Shown: positions 1-8,291 of the stretch, piece by piece | Layout: the number at the start of each line of letters is the position of its first letter | Numbering within the stretch: the first letter of the stretch is position 1 | DNA from: an uncultured Collinsella sp. | Lineage (GTDB): Bacteria > Actinomycetota > Coriobacteriia > Coriobacteriales > Coriobacteriaceae | Assembly: GCA_900549275.1 (NCBI GenBank) | Contig: URNU01000001.1 | Location: 1-39,186, forward strand | Direction of reading: 5' to 3' | DNA: 39,186 bases | Notes under the pieces: generated by a model | Told to the model about the DNA's origin: nothing | Seen by the model: the letters and a program-made list of their open reading frames with translations, nothing else | Database searches by the model: none | Made by a program: the position numbers and the translations under genes

Positions 1-46
1 CTTGAAATTGAACGTTCGTAATGTGGGAGTGATCTGTTGTTCCCAT
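1..46 (-). CDS. 5' end of a gene running off the left edge (MGTTDHSHITNVQFQ...), probably co-transcribed with the methyltransferase
   Basis: AGGAG RBS then ATG at 46, 20 nt after the MTase stop; frame open to the window edge. Confidence 0.6.
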   Translation of the reverse strand, partial: MGTTDHSHITNVQFQ

Positions 47-66
47 ATTATGTCTCCTATTTGGTT

Positions 67-894
67 TTAGCTAATTGCCTGCTGTTCCGCCTCAAAGGTT
101 CGCTTGGCCTCTTTAATACGTTGATTGCATACGTCGATGTAATCAACGGGCCGCTTCTTAAACAAAGCAACGTCTTCGTTTTTCTCAATGCCGATGAAAG
201 AACGCCCTTCCAGCACGGCTGCGACACAGAACGATCCGCTTCCGCAAGCGTTGTCGAGAACGATGTCTCCAGGATTTGTGTACGTCCTGATCAGATAACG
301 ACCAAGCTCAACCGGCTTTTGGGTAGGGTGGTATACGGCACCCTCGGATTCGGCCGTCTTAAAATAGACGATGTCAGTTGGATAACGGCTGCCGTCGCTC
401 TTTACGTGCTTCGGGGAAAAATCTCCATAGCTTCCAGTGAGCTGATCTTTGCGAACTCCCTTGTCGTAGGCTTCACCTTCGCTCATCTGCGGATTGTAAG
501 TAGGCTGCGCCTTATAGAAAACGCATATGTCTTCGTATTTGCGAAGCGGCTGCTTTTTCGCGTTCAAGAAGTTGGTTGCTTTTGATTTAACCCAAATAAG
601 CTTGTATTTATATATCTCAGGGGCGTGAAGCATCAGCTTCGCGGTAAAAAGCCCACTGCTTGTCAAAACGATAGCGCCATGCGGTTTGATGATGCGCAGG
701 TACTCGGTAAAGAGCAGGTCGAGGTTGATGATCGAATCCCATTTATTCTGGGTGGTTCCGTAAGGAAGATCGCAAAGAATCATATCTATGGATTCGCCGG
801 GAATGCCCTTCATTACCTCAAGACAATCGCCCTCAATAATCCGGTCGCGGAAAGGCTCTAACGACCTCGTGTCCTCTGCTTTAATTACCTTCAT
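67..894 (-). CDS. Site-specific DNA methyltransferase (N6-A/N4-C, beta class)
   Basis: Motif IV variant DLPY precedes HPTQKP and motif I variant DNACGSGS; GDCLEVM N-terminus; AAGGAG RBS. Confidence 0.92.
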   Translation of the reverse strand: MKVIKAEDTRSLEPFRDRIIEGDCLEVMKGIPGESIDMILCDLPYGTTQNKWDSIINLDLLFTEYLRIIKPHGAIVLTSSGLFTAKLMLHAPEIYKYKLIWVKSKATNFLNAKKQPLRKYEDICVFYKAQPTYNPQMSEGEAYDKGVRKDQLTGSYGDFSPKHVKSDGSRYPTDIVYFKTAESEGAVYHPTQKPVELGRYLIRTYTNPGDIVLDNACGSGSFCVAAVLEGRSFIGIEKNEDVALFKKRPVDYIDVCNQRIKEAKRTFEAEQQAIS

Positions 895-919
895 CCTCGC
901 TCCTTAAGTTTAGTCTTTC

Positions 920-947
920 ATTATACGTCTAGGCAAAGACGCTTCAA
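920..947 (-). promoter_or_regulatory. Sigma70-type promoter of the methyltransferase
   Basis: TTGAAG-16 nt-TATAAT on the minus strand, ~25 nt upstream of the ATG. Confidence 0.6.
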
Positions 948-1307
948 TCCATTTGCGGACGTATGGTTAGAAGAACGTGTTCATAGGGGCGCGGGAAATC
1001 CCCCGCATCGCCGCGCGCAAGAGCCGGCAATAAAACCTCCGGCCCTGCTTGGCCCTGGGAGTAAACGTCAGACTTGCCCGATTCACGCCTCGCGCAAGGG
1101 CCGTTCTACTCCCCAGACCTGATCTGCATGGCTGGTTTCTCCTTTGAGAGCTTGTTTTGATGTTGACAAGCTTTTGGTCAGTGGCCCCTATTGCTGAGTG
1201 GGAATGGTGGGAATAACCGGCCTCAGAACATGCTGGTTCGAAGGCTTTCTTTTTGCATGTCTGCCTAAAACGACTCCTTGCCAAAGCCCCTTGAGCATCG
1301 GGCGGCA

Positions 1308-1748
1308 TTATTGAGCGTGGGCGTTATCGTAGGTATCTTTGATCTCTTCCGGCAAATCGTCGGGAATCAGCGCCTTCACTCCATCCTCGTTGCCATCTTG
1401 GATCGCCTGCTCGTAGTACCAGCATTTGAACTTCAACATGTCCAGCGCGCGGTTCATCTTCGCGATCTCCGACTCCATGTGGGCCTTCTGCTCCTCGAAC
1501 ATGGCCTTGCGCTTGGGATATGTCGATGGGCCCTCCGCACACCATTCCATGAACAGTCGGATGTCCTTAATCTCCATCCCAGCCTTCTTTAAGCATTCGA
1601 TGACCCGAAGCGCCTCGAGTTCCGTATCGCCGAATCGGCGAATGCCGGATGTCCGTTCCAATCCCGGGAACAGCCCCTGCTTGTCGTAATACCGCAGCGT
1701 GGAAACGGGCAGACCGAACATCTCCGCTACCTGTCCGATTGTGTACAT
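1308..1748 (-). CDS. MerR family transcriptional regulator (AdhR/NmlR-like)
   Basis: YTIGQVAEMFGLPVSTLRYYDKQGL HTH, IECLKKAGM, coiled-coil C-terminus; GGAGG RBS. Confidence 0.93.
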   Translation of the reverse strand: MYTIGQVAEMFGLPVSTLRYYDKQGLFPGLERTSGIRRFGDTELEALRVIECLKKAGMEIKDIRLFMEWCAEGPSTYPKRKAMFEEQKAHMESEIAKMNRALDMLKFKCWYYEQAIQDGNEDGVKALIPDDLPEEIKDTYDNAHAQ

Positions 1749-1779
1749 GGTCCCTCCGGATAAATCTCGAATTCATTCC

Positions 1780-1810
1780 TTGACCTAAAGTCAGGTTTAG
1801 GTATTACCTT
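1780..1810 (+). promoter_or_regulatory. MerR-type promoter/operator
   Basis: TTGACC-19 nt-TACCTT with dyad ACCTAAA-gtcagg-TTTAGGT in the spacer, divergent from merR. Confidence 0.8.
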
Positions 1811-1845
1811 CATTCTCGTCAATATAAATCGGGAGCGCAAGGGAT

Positions 1846-1962
1846 TTTCGCCAAAGGCGCACGCTTGCCGGAACGGTATTCGCCGGCGGCGTGAGCGGCG
1901 TGGGTGAAATCGCCGGGCATCTTGATGTTGAGCAGGCGCGACGAATGGGCATGGAAATCTAG
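1846..1962 (+). pseudogene. 3' remnant of a flavodoxin / NADPH-dependent FMN reductase gene
   Basis: Frame from 1861 reads TLAGTVFAGGVSGVGEIAGHLDVEQARRMGMEI*, resembling C-termini of clostridial flavodoxin-family proteins; no start or N-terminal part. Confidence 0.6.
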
Positions 1963-2022
1963 GCGCGGCTTAGCTGCGCGAGAGCAGTTTGTACTCAAAA
2001 CCATCGACAGGAGGAATCAAAC

Positions 2023-2787
2023 ATGACGATTAAGCAGACAGCGGGCAGGGATGCCCTGGGGGACTTTGCCCCCAAATTTGCACAGCTCAATGACGATGTG
2101 CTGTTCGGCGAGGTGTGGAGCCGAGAAGACAGGCTTTCCCTTCGAGACCGCAGCGTGGTGACGGTGGTGGCCCTGATGGCGCAGGGACTGACGGACTCTT
2201 CGTTCCAATATCATCTGATCTCCGCAAAGAACAATGGAGTGACCAGGACGGAGATAGCGGAAATCCTTACGCACGCGGCGTTTTACGCGGGCTGGCCCAA
2301 GGCGTGGGCGGCCTTTCGCATGGCGAAGGAGGTCTGGGCAGATGACGATGCCGCTGATGTAAGAGCTGAGCATCAAAACGAGATGGCCTTTCCCATCGGT
2401 GCCCCCAACGACGCATTTGCGAAGTACTTTATCGGGCAAAGCTACCTCGCGCCCCTTTTCACCGAGCAGGTCGGCGTCTACAACGTGACGTTCGAGCCCG
2501 GCTGCCGCAACAACTGGCACGTCCATCACGCCAAAAGCGGTGGCGGACAGATTCTCGTCTGCGTGGCTGGTCGAGGGTTTTACCAGGAATGGGGCAAACC
2601 GGCACAGGAGCTGTGCCCTGGCGATGTAGTAAATATTCCCGCGGGCGTAAAGCACTGGCACGGTGCGGCGCCCGACAGCTGGTTCTCCCATCTCGCGGTA
2701 GAGGTTCCGGGCGAGGAGACCTCCAACGAGTGGTTGGAGCCCGTGGACGACGGGCAATACCCTAGAGCGACTGACAAGGAAGCTTAG
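2023..2787 (+). CDS. Carboxymuconolactone decarboxylase-family / cupin fusion protein
   Basis: LFGEVWSR...LSLRDRS...AFYAGWP CMD domain followed by cupin motifs NNWHVH and HWHGA; GGAGG RBS. Confidence 0.9.
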   Translation: MTIKQTAGRDALGDFAPKFAQLNDDVLFGEVWSREDRLSLRDRSVVTVVALMAQGLTDSSFQYHLISAKNNGVTRTEIAEILTHAAFYAGWPKAWAAFRMAKEVWADDDAADVRAEHQNEMAFPIGAPNDAFAKYFIGQSYLAPLFTEQVGVYNVTFEPGCRNNWHVHHAKSGGGQILVCVAGRGFYQEWGKPAQELCPGDVVNIPAGVKHWHGAAPDSWFSHLAVEVPGEETSNEWLEPVDDGQYPRATDKEA

Positions 2788-2789
2788 GC

Positions 2790-3761
2790 ATGGAGCAGTT
2801 GAAACTGACGCAGGAATGGGACAAGGTATTCCCCAAAAGCGACAAGGTTGAGCACAGCAAGGCAACCTTCCGCAACCGATACGGCATCACGCTGGCTGCC
2901 GACGTGTACGTACCTAAGAAAGCGGAAGGCAAACTGCCCGCCATCGCCGTCAGCGGCCCGTTTGGCGCGGTGAAGGAGCAGTCCTCCGGTCTGTACGCGC
3001 AGAAAATGGCGGAGCTGGGATTTTTCGCAATTGCCTTTGACCCGTCCTATACCGGCGAGAGCGGCGGCACGCCTCGCTATGTAGCATCCCCGGACATCAA
3101 CACCGAGGACTTCTGCGCAGCGGTGGACTTCCTCTCGGTACAGGAAAACGTCGATCCAGGGCGCATCGGCATCATCGGCATCTGCGGTTGGGGCGGCATG
3201 GCAATCAATGCTGCATCCATCGACACTCGTATCAAAGCTACTGCTGCTATGACGATGTACGACATGACCCGTGTGACCGCCAACGGCTATTTTGACGCTG
3301 AGGATTCCGAACAGGCGCGCTTCGAAAAGCGGAAAGCGCTGAACGCGCAGCGCACCGAGGACTATAAAAACGACAGCTATGCGCTGGCGGGCGGCGTGGT
3401 CGATCCGCTGCCGGAGGACGCGCCGCAGTTTGTGGCGGACTATTACGCCTACTACAAGACTCCGCGAGGCTACCATCCCCGCAGCCTGAACTCCAATGGC
3501 GGCTGGAATGTGACGTCTTCGCTGTCCTTTTTGAATATGCCGATTTTGCAATATAGCAGTGAAATCCGCTCTGCCGTGTTGCTGGTGCATGGCGAGAAGG
3601 CGCACTCCCGCTATTTCAGCGAAGCCGCGTACGGCAAGCTGACCGGGGACAACAAGGAATTGCTCATTATCCCTGGTGCCAGCCATACCGACCTTTACGA
3701 TCAGATGGACATCATTCCGTTTGGAAAGCTGAAGGCATTCTTTGAGGAGTATCTGAAATAA
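2790..3761 (+). CDS. Alpha/beta hydrolase (YcjY-like, Cys nucleophile)
   Basis: GPFGAVKEQ, FDPSYTGESGG, GICGWGG elbow, HGEKAHS, HTDLYD. Confidence 0.9.
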   Translation: MEQLKLTQEWDKVFPKSDKVEHSKATFRNRYGITLAADVYVPKKAEGKLPAIAVSGPFGAVKEQSSGLYAQKMAELGFFAIAFDPSYTGESGGTPRYVASPDINTEDFCAAVDFLSVQENVDPGRIGIIGICGWGGMAINAASIDTRIKATAAMTMYDMTRVTANGYFDAEDSEQARFEKRKALNAQRTEDYKNDSYALAGGVVDPLPEDAPQFVADYYAYYKTPRGYHPRSLNSNGGWNVTSSLSFLNMPILQYSSEIRSAVLLVHGEKAHSRYFSEAAYGKLTGDNKELLIIPGASHTDLYDQMDIIPFGKLKAFFEEYLK

Positions 3762-3906
3762 GGCGTGCCTTGATTTAATGCCAAGTCTCCAGCAACGATT
3801 CTTCTAAAGAGAGGGAGTAGCTGAAACGAGGCGATTGATTAACTCCATTCGTTTTGGTTACAAGAAAACATGCTGCGCGCCTGCAGCATGAAGGAGAGGG
3901 AATCCT

Positions 3907-4437
3907 ATGAATATCGTTGTATTGAGTGGTAGCCCGCGCAAGGGCGCCAATACCGACACCATGGTCGAGGCGTTTGCCGAGACCGCGCGTGAGGGCGGCA
4001 ATACGGTCGAGGTCGTCCGCGTTGCCAGCAAGAAGATCGCCGGCTGCTTGGGATGCCAGTATTGCTTCGCCCATGAGGGCGTCTGCGTGCAGAAGGATGA
4101 TATGGCCAACGTGATCGAGTCTCTGAAAGGCGCCGACATGGTTGTCTTCGCCTCGCCTATCTACTGGTTTGATATCACCGCGCAGGAGAAGGCCGCCATT
4201 GACCGCCTGTACGCCTTCGGTGCCACGGGCTTCCCGTTCACCAAGACGGCCCTTTTGCTCGATAGCCACAGCGAGGGCGTCTATGATGCGGCGATCGCTA
4301 TGTACAAGTCAACCTGCGCGTACTGCAAGTGGGAGGATCAGGGCATTGTCACCATCAGCGGTATGACCGAGCGCGACAGCATGGCATCGTCGCCCAAGTT
4401 GAAAGAGGTGCGAGAGCTCGCCCGCAAGCTCGCCTAA
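3907..4437 (+). CDS. Flavodoxin family / iron-sulfur flavoprotein (NADPH-dependent FMN reductase)
   Basis: GSPRKGANT FMN loop, CLGCQYC-x5-C Cys motif, ASPIYW. Confidence 0.9.
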   Translation: MNIVVLSGSPRKGANTDTMVEAFAETAREGGNTVEVVRVASKKIAGCLGCQYCFAHEGVCVQKDDMANVIESLKGADMVVFASPIYWFDITAQEKAAIDRLYAFGATGFPFTKTALLLDSHSEGVYDAAIAMYKSTCAYCKWEDQGIVTISGMTERDSMASSPKLKEVRELARKLA

Positions 4438-4617
4438 GGACAAGAAGGACGCATGGCAATCCGTGTTGGTGGAAATGCTTGCAATCCTTATCAAGAGATA
4501 GGGGTGTATTCCCTCAAGTGCCGTATAGAACAATTTTTTAACGCAGAAAAATAACTGAAAACAAATTAATCCGCGTTAAAATATTGTCAAACAGAGGTTC
4601 ATGAGGGAAGGTTGCGT

Positions 4618-5907
4618 ATGCGTCGCAAGGCAGACGAGCTCCTGAGGGAATGGCGAGACAGGGCTGATAGAAAACCTTTGCTGGTCAAAGGCGTGCGCCA
4701 GTGTGGCAAGACCTATCTGCTCAGAACGTACGCCCAGGATCTTTTCGAATCGGTTGTCTACGTTAATCTTGAGAACGACCGGTCGGCGCGAGCGGATTTT
4801 TCGGGCGGTCTTGACCCTCATTCGATCGTACGCGCGATCGAGGCTCGTACGGGACAGCGTATCGTGCCTGGCAAAACCTTACTGTTTATTGACGAGATCC
4901 AGGCATGCGAGGAAGCGCTCACTTCCCTTAAATACTTTTGCGAAGATGCTCCCGAGTATTACGTTGCGGCTGCTGGGTCGCTTCTTGGGGTTGCCATTAA
5001 CCATCAGTCGTATTCGTTCCCCGTTGGAAAGACCGACTTGATTGAGATGACTCCGCTCGATTTCGAGGAGTTTCTCTGGGCGATGGGGCACGATCAGTTG
5101 GTCGACGAGATACGCTCATCATTCGAGTCAATGGGACCTCTTGCGCCAAGCCTTCATGAAAAGGCGCTTGGGCTCTATCGACAGTATCTTGTTGTTGGCG
5201 GAATGCCCGAGGCGGTCCAAACGTACATCGATGATCAGTCAATCATTGATGTGGCCGAAAAGCATCGGATTATTCTCGACGGATATTCCGCCGACACCAA
5301 TAAATATGCTGATGAACGCTTGAGCGCAAAGACGCGTGCGTGCTTCGATTCCATTCCACAGCAGCTTGCCAAAGAGAATCGTAAATTTCAATACAAGGTA
5401 GTGCGAGCGGGGGGCAATGCGTCTCTCTTTGGAGATGCTCTCGACTGGCTTGTATTGTCGGGTACGGTGGCGCGCTGCAGCCTAGTCGGGCAGATCGAAA
5501 GCCCTATAGAGGCCTTTGTAAACCCTTCTGCTTTTAAAATCTATCAGGCGGATACAGGGCTGCTCGTCTCCAAGGCCGGTGCTCAACGCGCCGATATTCT
5601 TGCCGGCATCGGCGGCACATTCATGGGCGCACTTACCGAAAACTACGTTGCCCAACAGCTTTCAGCCATGGGCTATCCGCTGCATTATTGGGCGCGAGAC
5701 AATCGTGCGGAAATCGACTTTGTAGTAGAGAAACAGGGATGCTTGTCTGCGATTGAAGTCAAGGCGGGGGAGAACACAAGATCTCGAAGTCTGTCCTCGC
5801 TAAAAAAGACCCATCCAGGCGTGCGCCTTATCAGACTATCGACTAAGCCCTTTGGAATGAATGATGGGCTTATGTCTGTTCCACTTTATGCAGCATTTTG
5901 TCTATAG
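4618..5907 (+). CDS. AAA_14 ATPase with DUF4143 / C-terminal nuclease-like domain
   Basis: Walker A GVRQCGKT, Walker B FIDEIQ, GGMPE, DTGLL, EIDFVV...IEVKAG; start ATG 4618 or TTG 4612. Confidence 0.88.
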   Translation: MRRKADELLREWRDRADRKPLLVKGVRQCGKTYLLRTYAQDLFESVVYVNLENDRSARADFSGGLDPHSIVRAIEARTGQRIVPGKTLLFIDEIQACEEALTSLKYFCEDAPEYYVAAAGSLLGVAINHQSYSFPVGKTDLIEMTPLDFEEFLWAMGHDQLVDEIRSSFESMGPLAPSLHEKALGLYRQYLVVGGMPEAVQTYIDDQSIIDVAEKHRIILDGYSADTNKYADERLSAKTRACFDSIPQQLAKENRKFQYKVVRAGGNASLFGDALDWLVLSGTVARCSLVGQIESPIEAFVNPSAFKIYQADTGLLVSKAGAQRADILAGIGGTFMGALTENYVAQQLSAMGYPLHYWARDNRAEIDFVVEKQGCLSAIEVKAGENTRSRSLSSLKKTHPGVRLIRLSTKPFGMNDGLMSVPLYAAFCL

Positions 5908-5929
5908 GGATGATGCTGCTGTAATGCAT

Positions 5930-5967
5930 GGGGCCCGGAGCGCGGCATTTACTGCGCTCCGGGCCCC
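5930..5967. terminator. Hairpin between convergent genes
   Basis: GGGGCCCGGAGCGC...GCGCTCCGGGCCCC perfect 14-bp stem. Confidence 0.75.
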
Positions 5968-6005
5968 GTTTGTTTGTGGCTTGGACCAGTTCGACTGCCG
6001 TCGTC

Positions 6006-8246
6006 CTAGTCAAACAGACTCGGCATGTCGTTTTCTTTCATGAGGGCACCGGCAGAGGGGAGGCTCTGCGCGGTGAACTTCTCGGCCGAGACACCGGCGC
6101 CAAGAATCTCCTCGGTCGTGCCGACGGTGGTGACCGAGCGGCCCTTCTTGGCGGTAAAGGCCTGGACGCCCTGCGTATTGGTGGTCGTCTTGGTCTTGAG
6201 CAGCGACGTGTTGAAGTTCATCAGGCGGTAGTCGCTCGAGACCAGCGCGATGTCACGATCTGTGTTGAGCACCTGGGCATACAGTAGCTTGCTGCCGCCG
6301 TAGATGGCGTTCTTAAGGCGCTTGCGGTTGGTCTTGGTAACATATCCGGCAAGTGCGACACGCACCGCGCGGCCGTTTTCAAAGACAAACAGCACGTCGG
6401 CCTTGTAGTCCTCGGGGTCGATGACCCAGATGACGCTCTCGTCGGGTTCCATCTCGAGATCGGTCGGCAGGTACGAGCCCAGCTGGGCCGACTTGGTGTC
6501 CTCAAACGCTGCGACCTTGCACTTGTACACCTGGCTCTTGTTGGTAAAGACCAGCAGCTCGTGGGTGTTGGAGGACGGGAACTCGATAAAGGGTTTGTCG
6601 CCGTCTTTGTACTTGAGCGTAGTGGCCTTCTTGAGCACGCGGTCCGTCATCTTCTTAAGGTAGCCATCGCGCGAGAGCATGATGGTGACCGGGTACTCCT
6701 CGACCTCGGGCTCCAAGCTTACCTCGATAACCTCGTGGGGCTCGATCCTGCCCGTGCGGCGCGGCATCACGTACTTCTTGTTGACCGCGGCCAGCTCGTC
6801 GCTGATGACCTTCTTGATGTTCTCCTCGCTGGAGAGGATCTCCTCAAGCTCGGCAATCTCGCCCTCAAGCTTGGCAATGTCCTTGGTGCGGTTGAGGATG
6901 TACTCCTCGTTGATGTTGCGGAGCTTAAGCTCGGCAACAAACTCGGCCTGGGTCTCGTCGATGTCGAAACCCTTCATAAGGTTGGGTACGACCTCGGCTT
7001 CGAGTTTGGTGCCGCGGATGATGGCGATGGCCTTGTCGATGTCGAGCAAAATCGCCTCGAGGCCGTGCAGCAGGTGCAGGCGCTCGGACTTTTTGCCCAG
7101 GTCAAAGTTAATGCGGCGACGCGTGGACTCAATACGCCACTTGACCCACTCGTGCAGAATCTGGCGCACGCCCATAACGCGGGGATAGCCGTCGACCAGC
7201 ACGTTGAAGTTGCACGAGAACGAATCCTGCAGCGTGGTCGAGCGATAGAGCTTGGCCATGAGCTTGTCGGGGTCGACGCCGCGCTTAAGGTCGATGGCGA
7301 TGCGCAAGCCCGAGAGGTCGGTTTCGTCGCGGATGTCAGCGATCTCCTTGACCTTGCCCTCTTTGGAGAGCTTGACGATGCGCTCGATGATGACATCGGT
7401 CTTGGTGGTGTAGGGAATCTCGTACACCTCGATGATGCGCTCTTCAGGAATCCAACGCCAGCGGGAGCGAATCTGGAAGCTGCCAAGGCCGGTCTCGATG
7501 ATCTTTTCCATCTCCTCGCGGCGGTAGATAATTTCGCCACCGGTCGAGAAGTCGGGCATGGGCATATATTCGAGCAGGTCGCAGTCGGGATCCTTGAGGT
7601 AGTGCATGGTGGCGGTGCAGACCTCGTTGAGGTTGAAACCGCAGATGTCGGACGCCATGGCGACGCCGATGCCCTTGTTGGCCGAGACAAGGATGTTGGG
7701 GAACGTGGTGGGCAGCAGGCGCGGCTCCTTCATAGCGCCGTCGTAGCTGTCAACGAAGTCGACCGGGTCCTTGTCGATGTCCTTGAAGATCTCGGCGCTG
7801 ATGGGGGAGAGCTTGGCTTCGGTGTAACGCGAAGCGGCGTAGCTCAAGTCGCCCGAATAATACTTGCCAAAGTTGCCCTTCGACTCAACGAACGGTGCGA
7901 GCAACGCCTCGTTGCCGGTTGCCAGACGCACCATCGTCTCGTAGATCGCGGCATCGCCGTGCGGGTTGAGCTTCATGGTCTGACCCACGATGTTGGCGCT
8001 CTTCTGGCGCTCGCCCTTGAGCAGACCCATCTTGTACATGGTGTAGAGCAGCTTGCGATGCGAGGGCTTAAAGCCGTCGATCTCGGGGAATGCACGCGAG
8101 ACGTTGACGCTCATAGCGTAGGGCATGTAGTTGACCTCGAGCGTCTGCGTGATCGGCTGATCGGTGACCTCGGAGTGCAGGCCGATGACGTTCTCGGCGT
8201 TGACCTGCTTTTTCTTTGGCTGGTTTTTCGTCTTCTTCTTTGCCAC
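6006..8246 (-). CDS. parC: Type IIA topoisomerase subunit A (Topo IV-like)
   Basis: DGFKPSHR, PHGD, catalytic AASRYTE; short C-terminal domain with no GyrA-box recognised. Confidence 0.85.
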   Translation of the reverse strand: MAKKKTKNQPKKKQVNAENVIGLHSEVTDQPITQTLEVNYMPYAMSVNVSRAFPEIDGFKPSHRKLLYTMYKMGLLKGERQKSANIVGQTMKLNPHGDAAIYETMVRLATGNEALLAPFVESKGNFGKYYSGDLSYAASRYTEAKLSPISAEIFKDIDKDPVDFVDSYDGAMKEPRLLPTTFPNILVSANKGIGVAMASDICGFNLNEVCTATMHYLKDPDCDLLEYMPMPDFSTGGEIIYRREEMEKIIETGLGSFQIRSRWRWIPEERIIEVYEIPYTTKTDVIIERIVKLSKEGKVKEIADIRDETDLSGLRIAIDLKRGVDPDKLMAKLYRSTTLQDSFSCNFNVLVDGYPRVMGVRQILHEWVKWRIESTRRRINFDLGKKSERLHLLHGLEAILLDIDKAIAIIRGTKLEAEVVPNLMKGFDIDETQAEFVAELKLRNINEEYILNRTKDIAKLEGEIAELEEILSSEENIKKVISDELAAVNKKYVMPRRTGRIEPHEVIEVSLEPEVEEYPVTIMLSRDGYLKKMTDRVLKKATTLKYKDGDKPFIEFPSSNTHELLVFTNKSQVYKCKVAAFEDTKSAQLGSYLPTDLEMEPDESVIWVIDPEDYKADVLFVFENGRAVRVALAGYVTKTNRKRLKNAIYGGSKLLYAQVLNTDRDIALVSSDYRLMNFNTSLLKTKTTTNTQGVQAFTAKKGRSVTTVGTTEEILGAGVSAEKFTAQSLPSAGALMKENDMPSLFD

Positions 8247-8291
8247 GATATCCTCTTGAACTTCTTATGGGCCGTCGTTATCGATTTGCTG

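Noticed and set aside
983..1191. Retron msr-msd, SRP RNA, raiA, cobalamin or yybP riboswitch
   Set aside because: Only isolated short motifs match and no reverse transcriptase is in the window; kept as an unassigned structure
967..1308. 113-aa minus-strand ORF after merR
   Set aside because: No recognisable domain, atypical composition, overlaps the structured region
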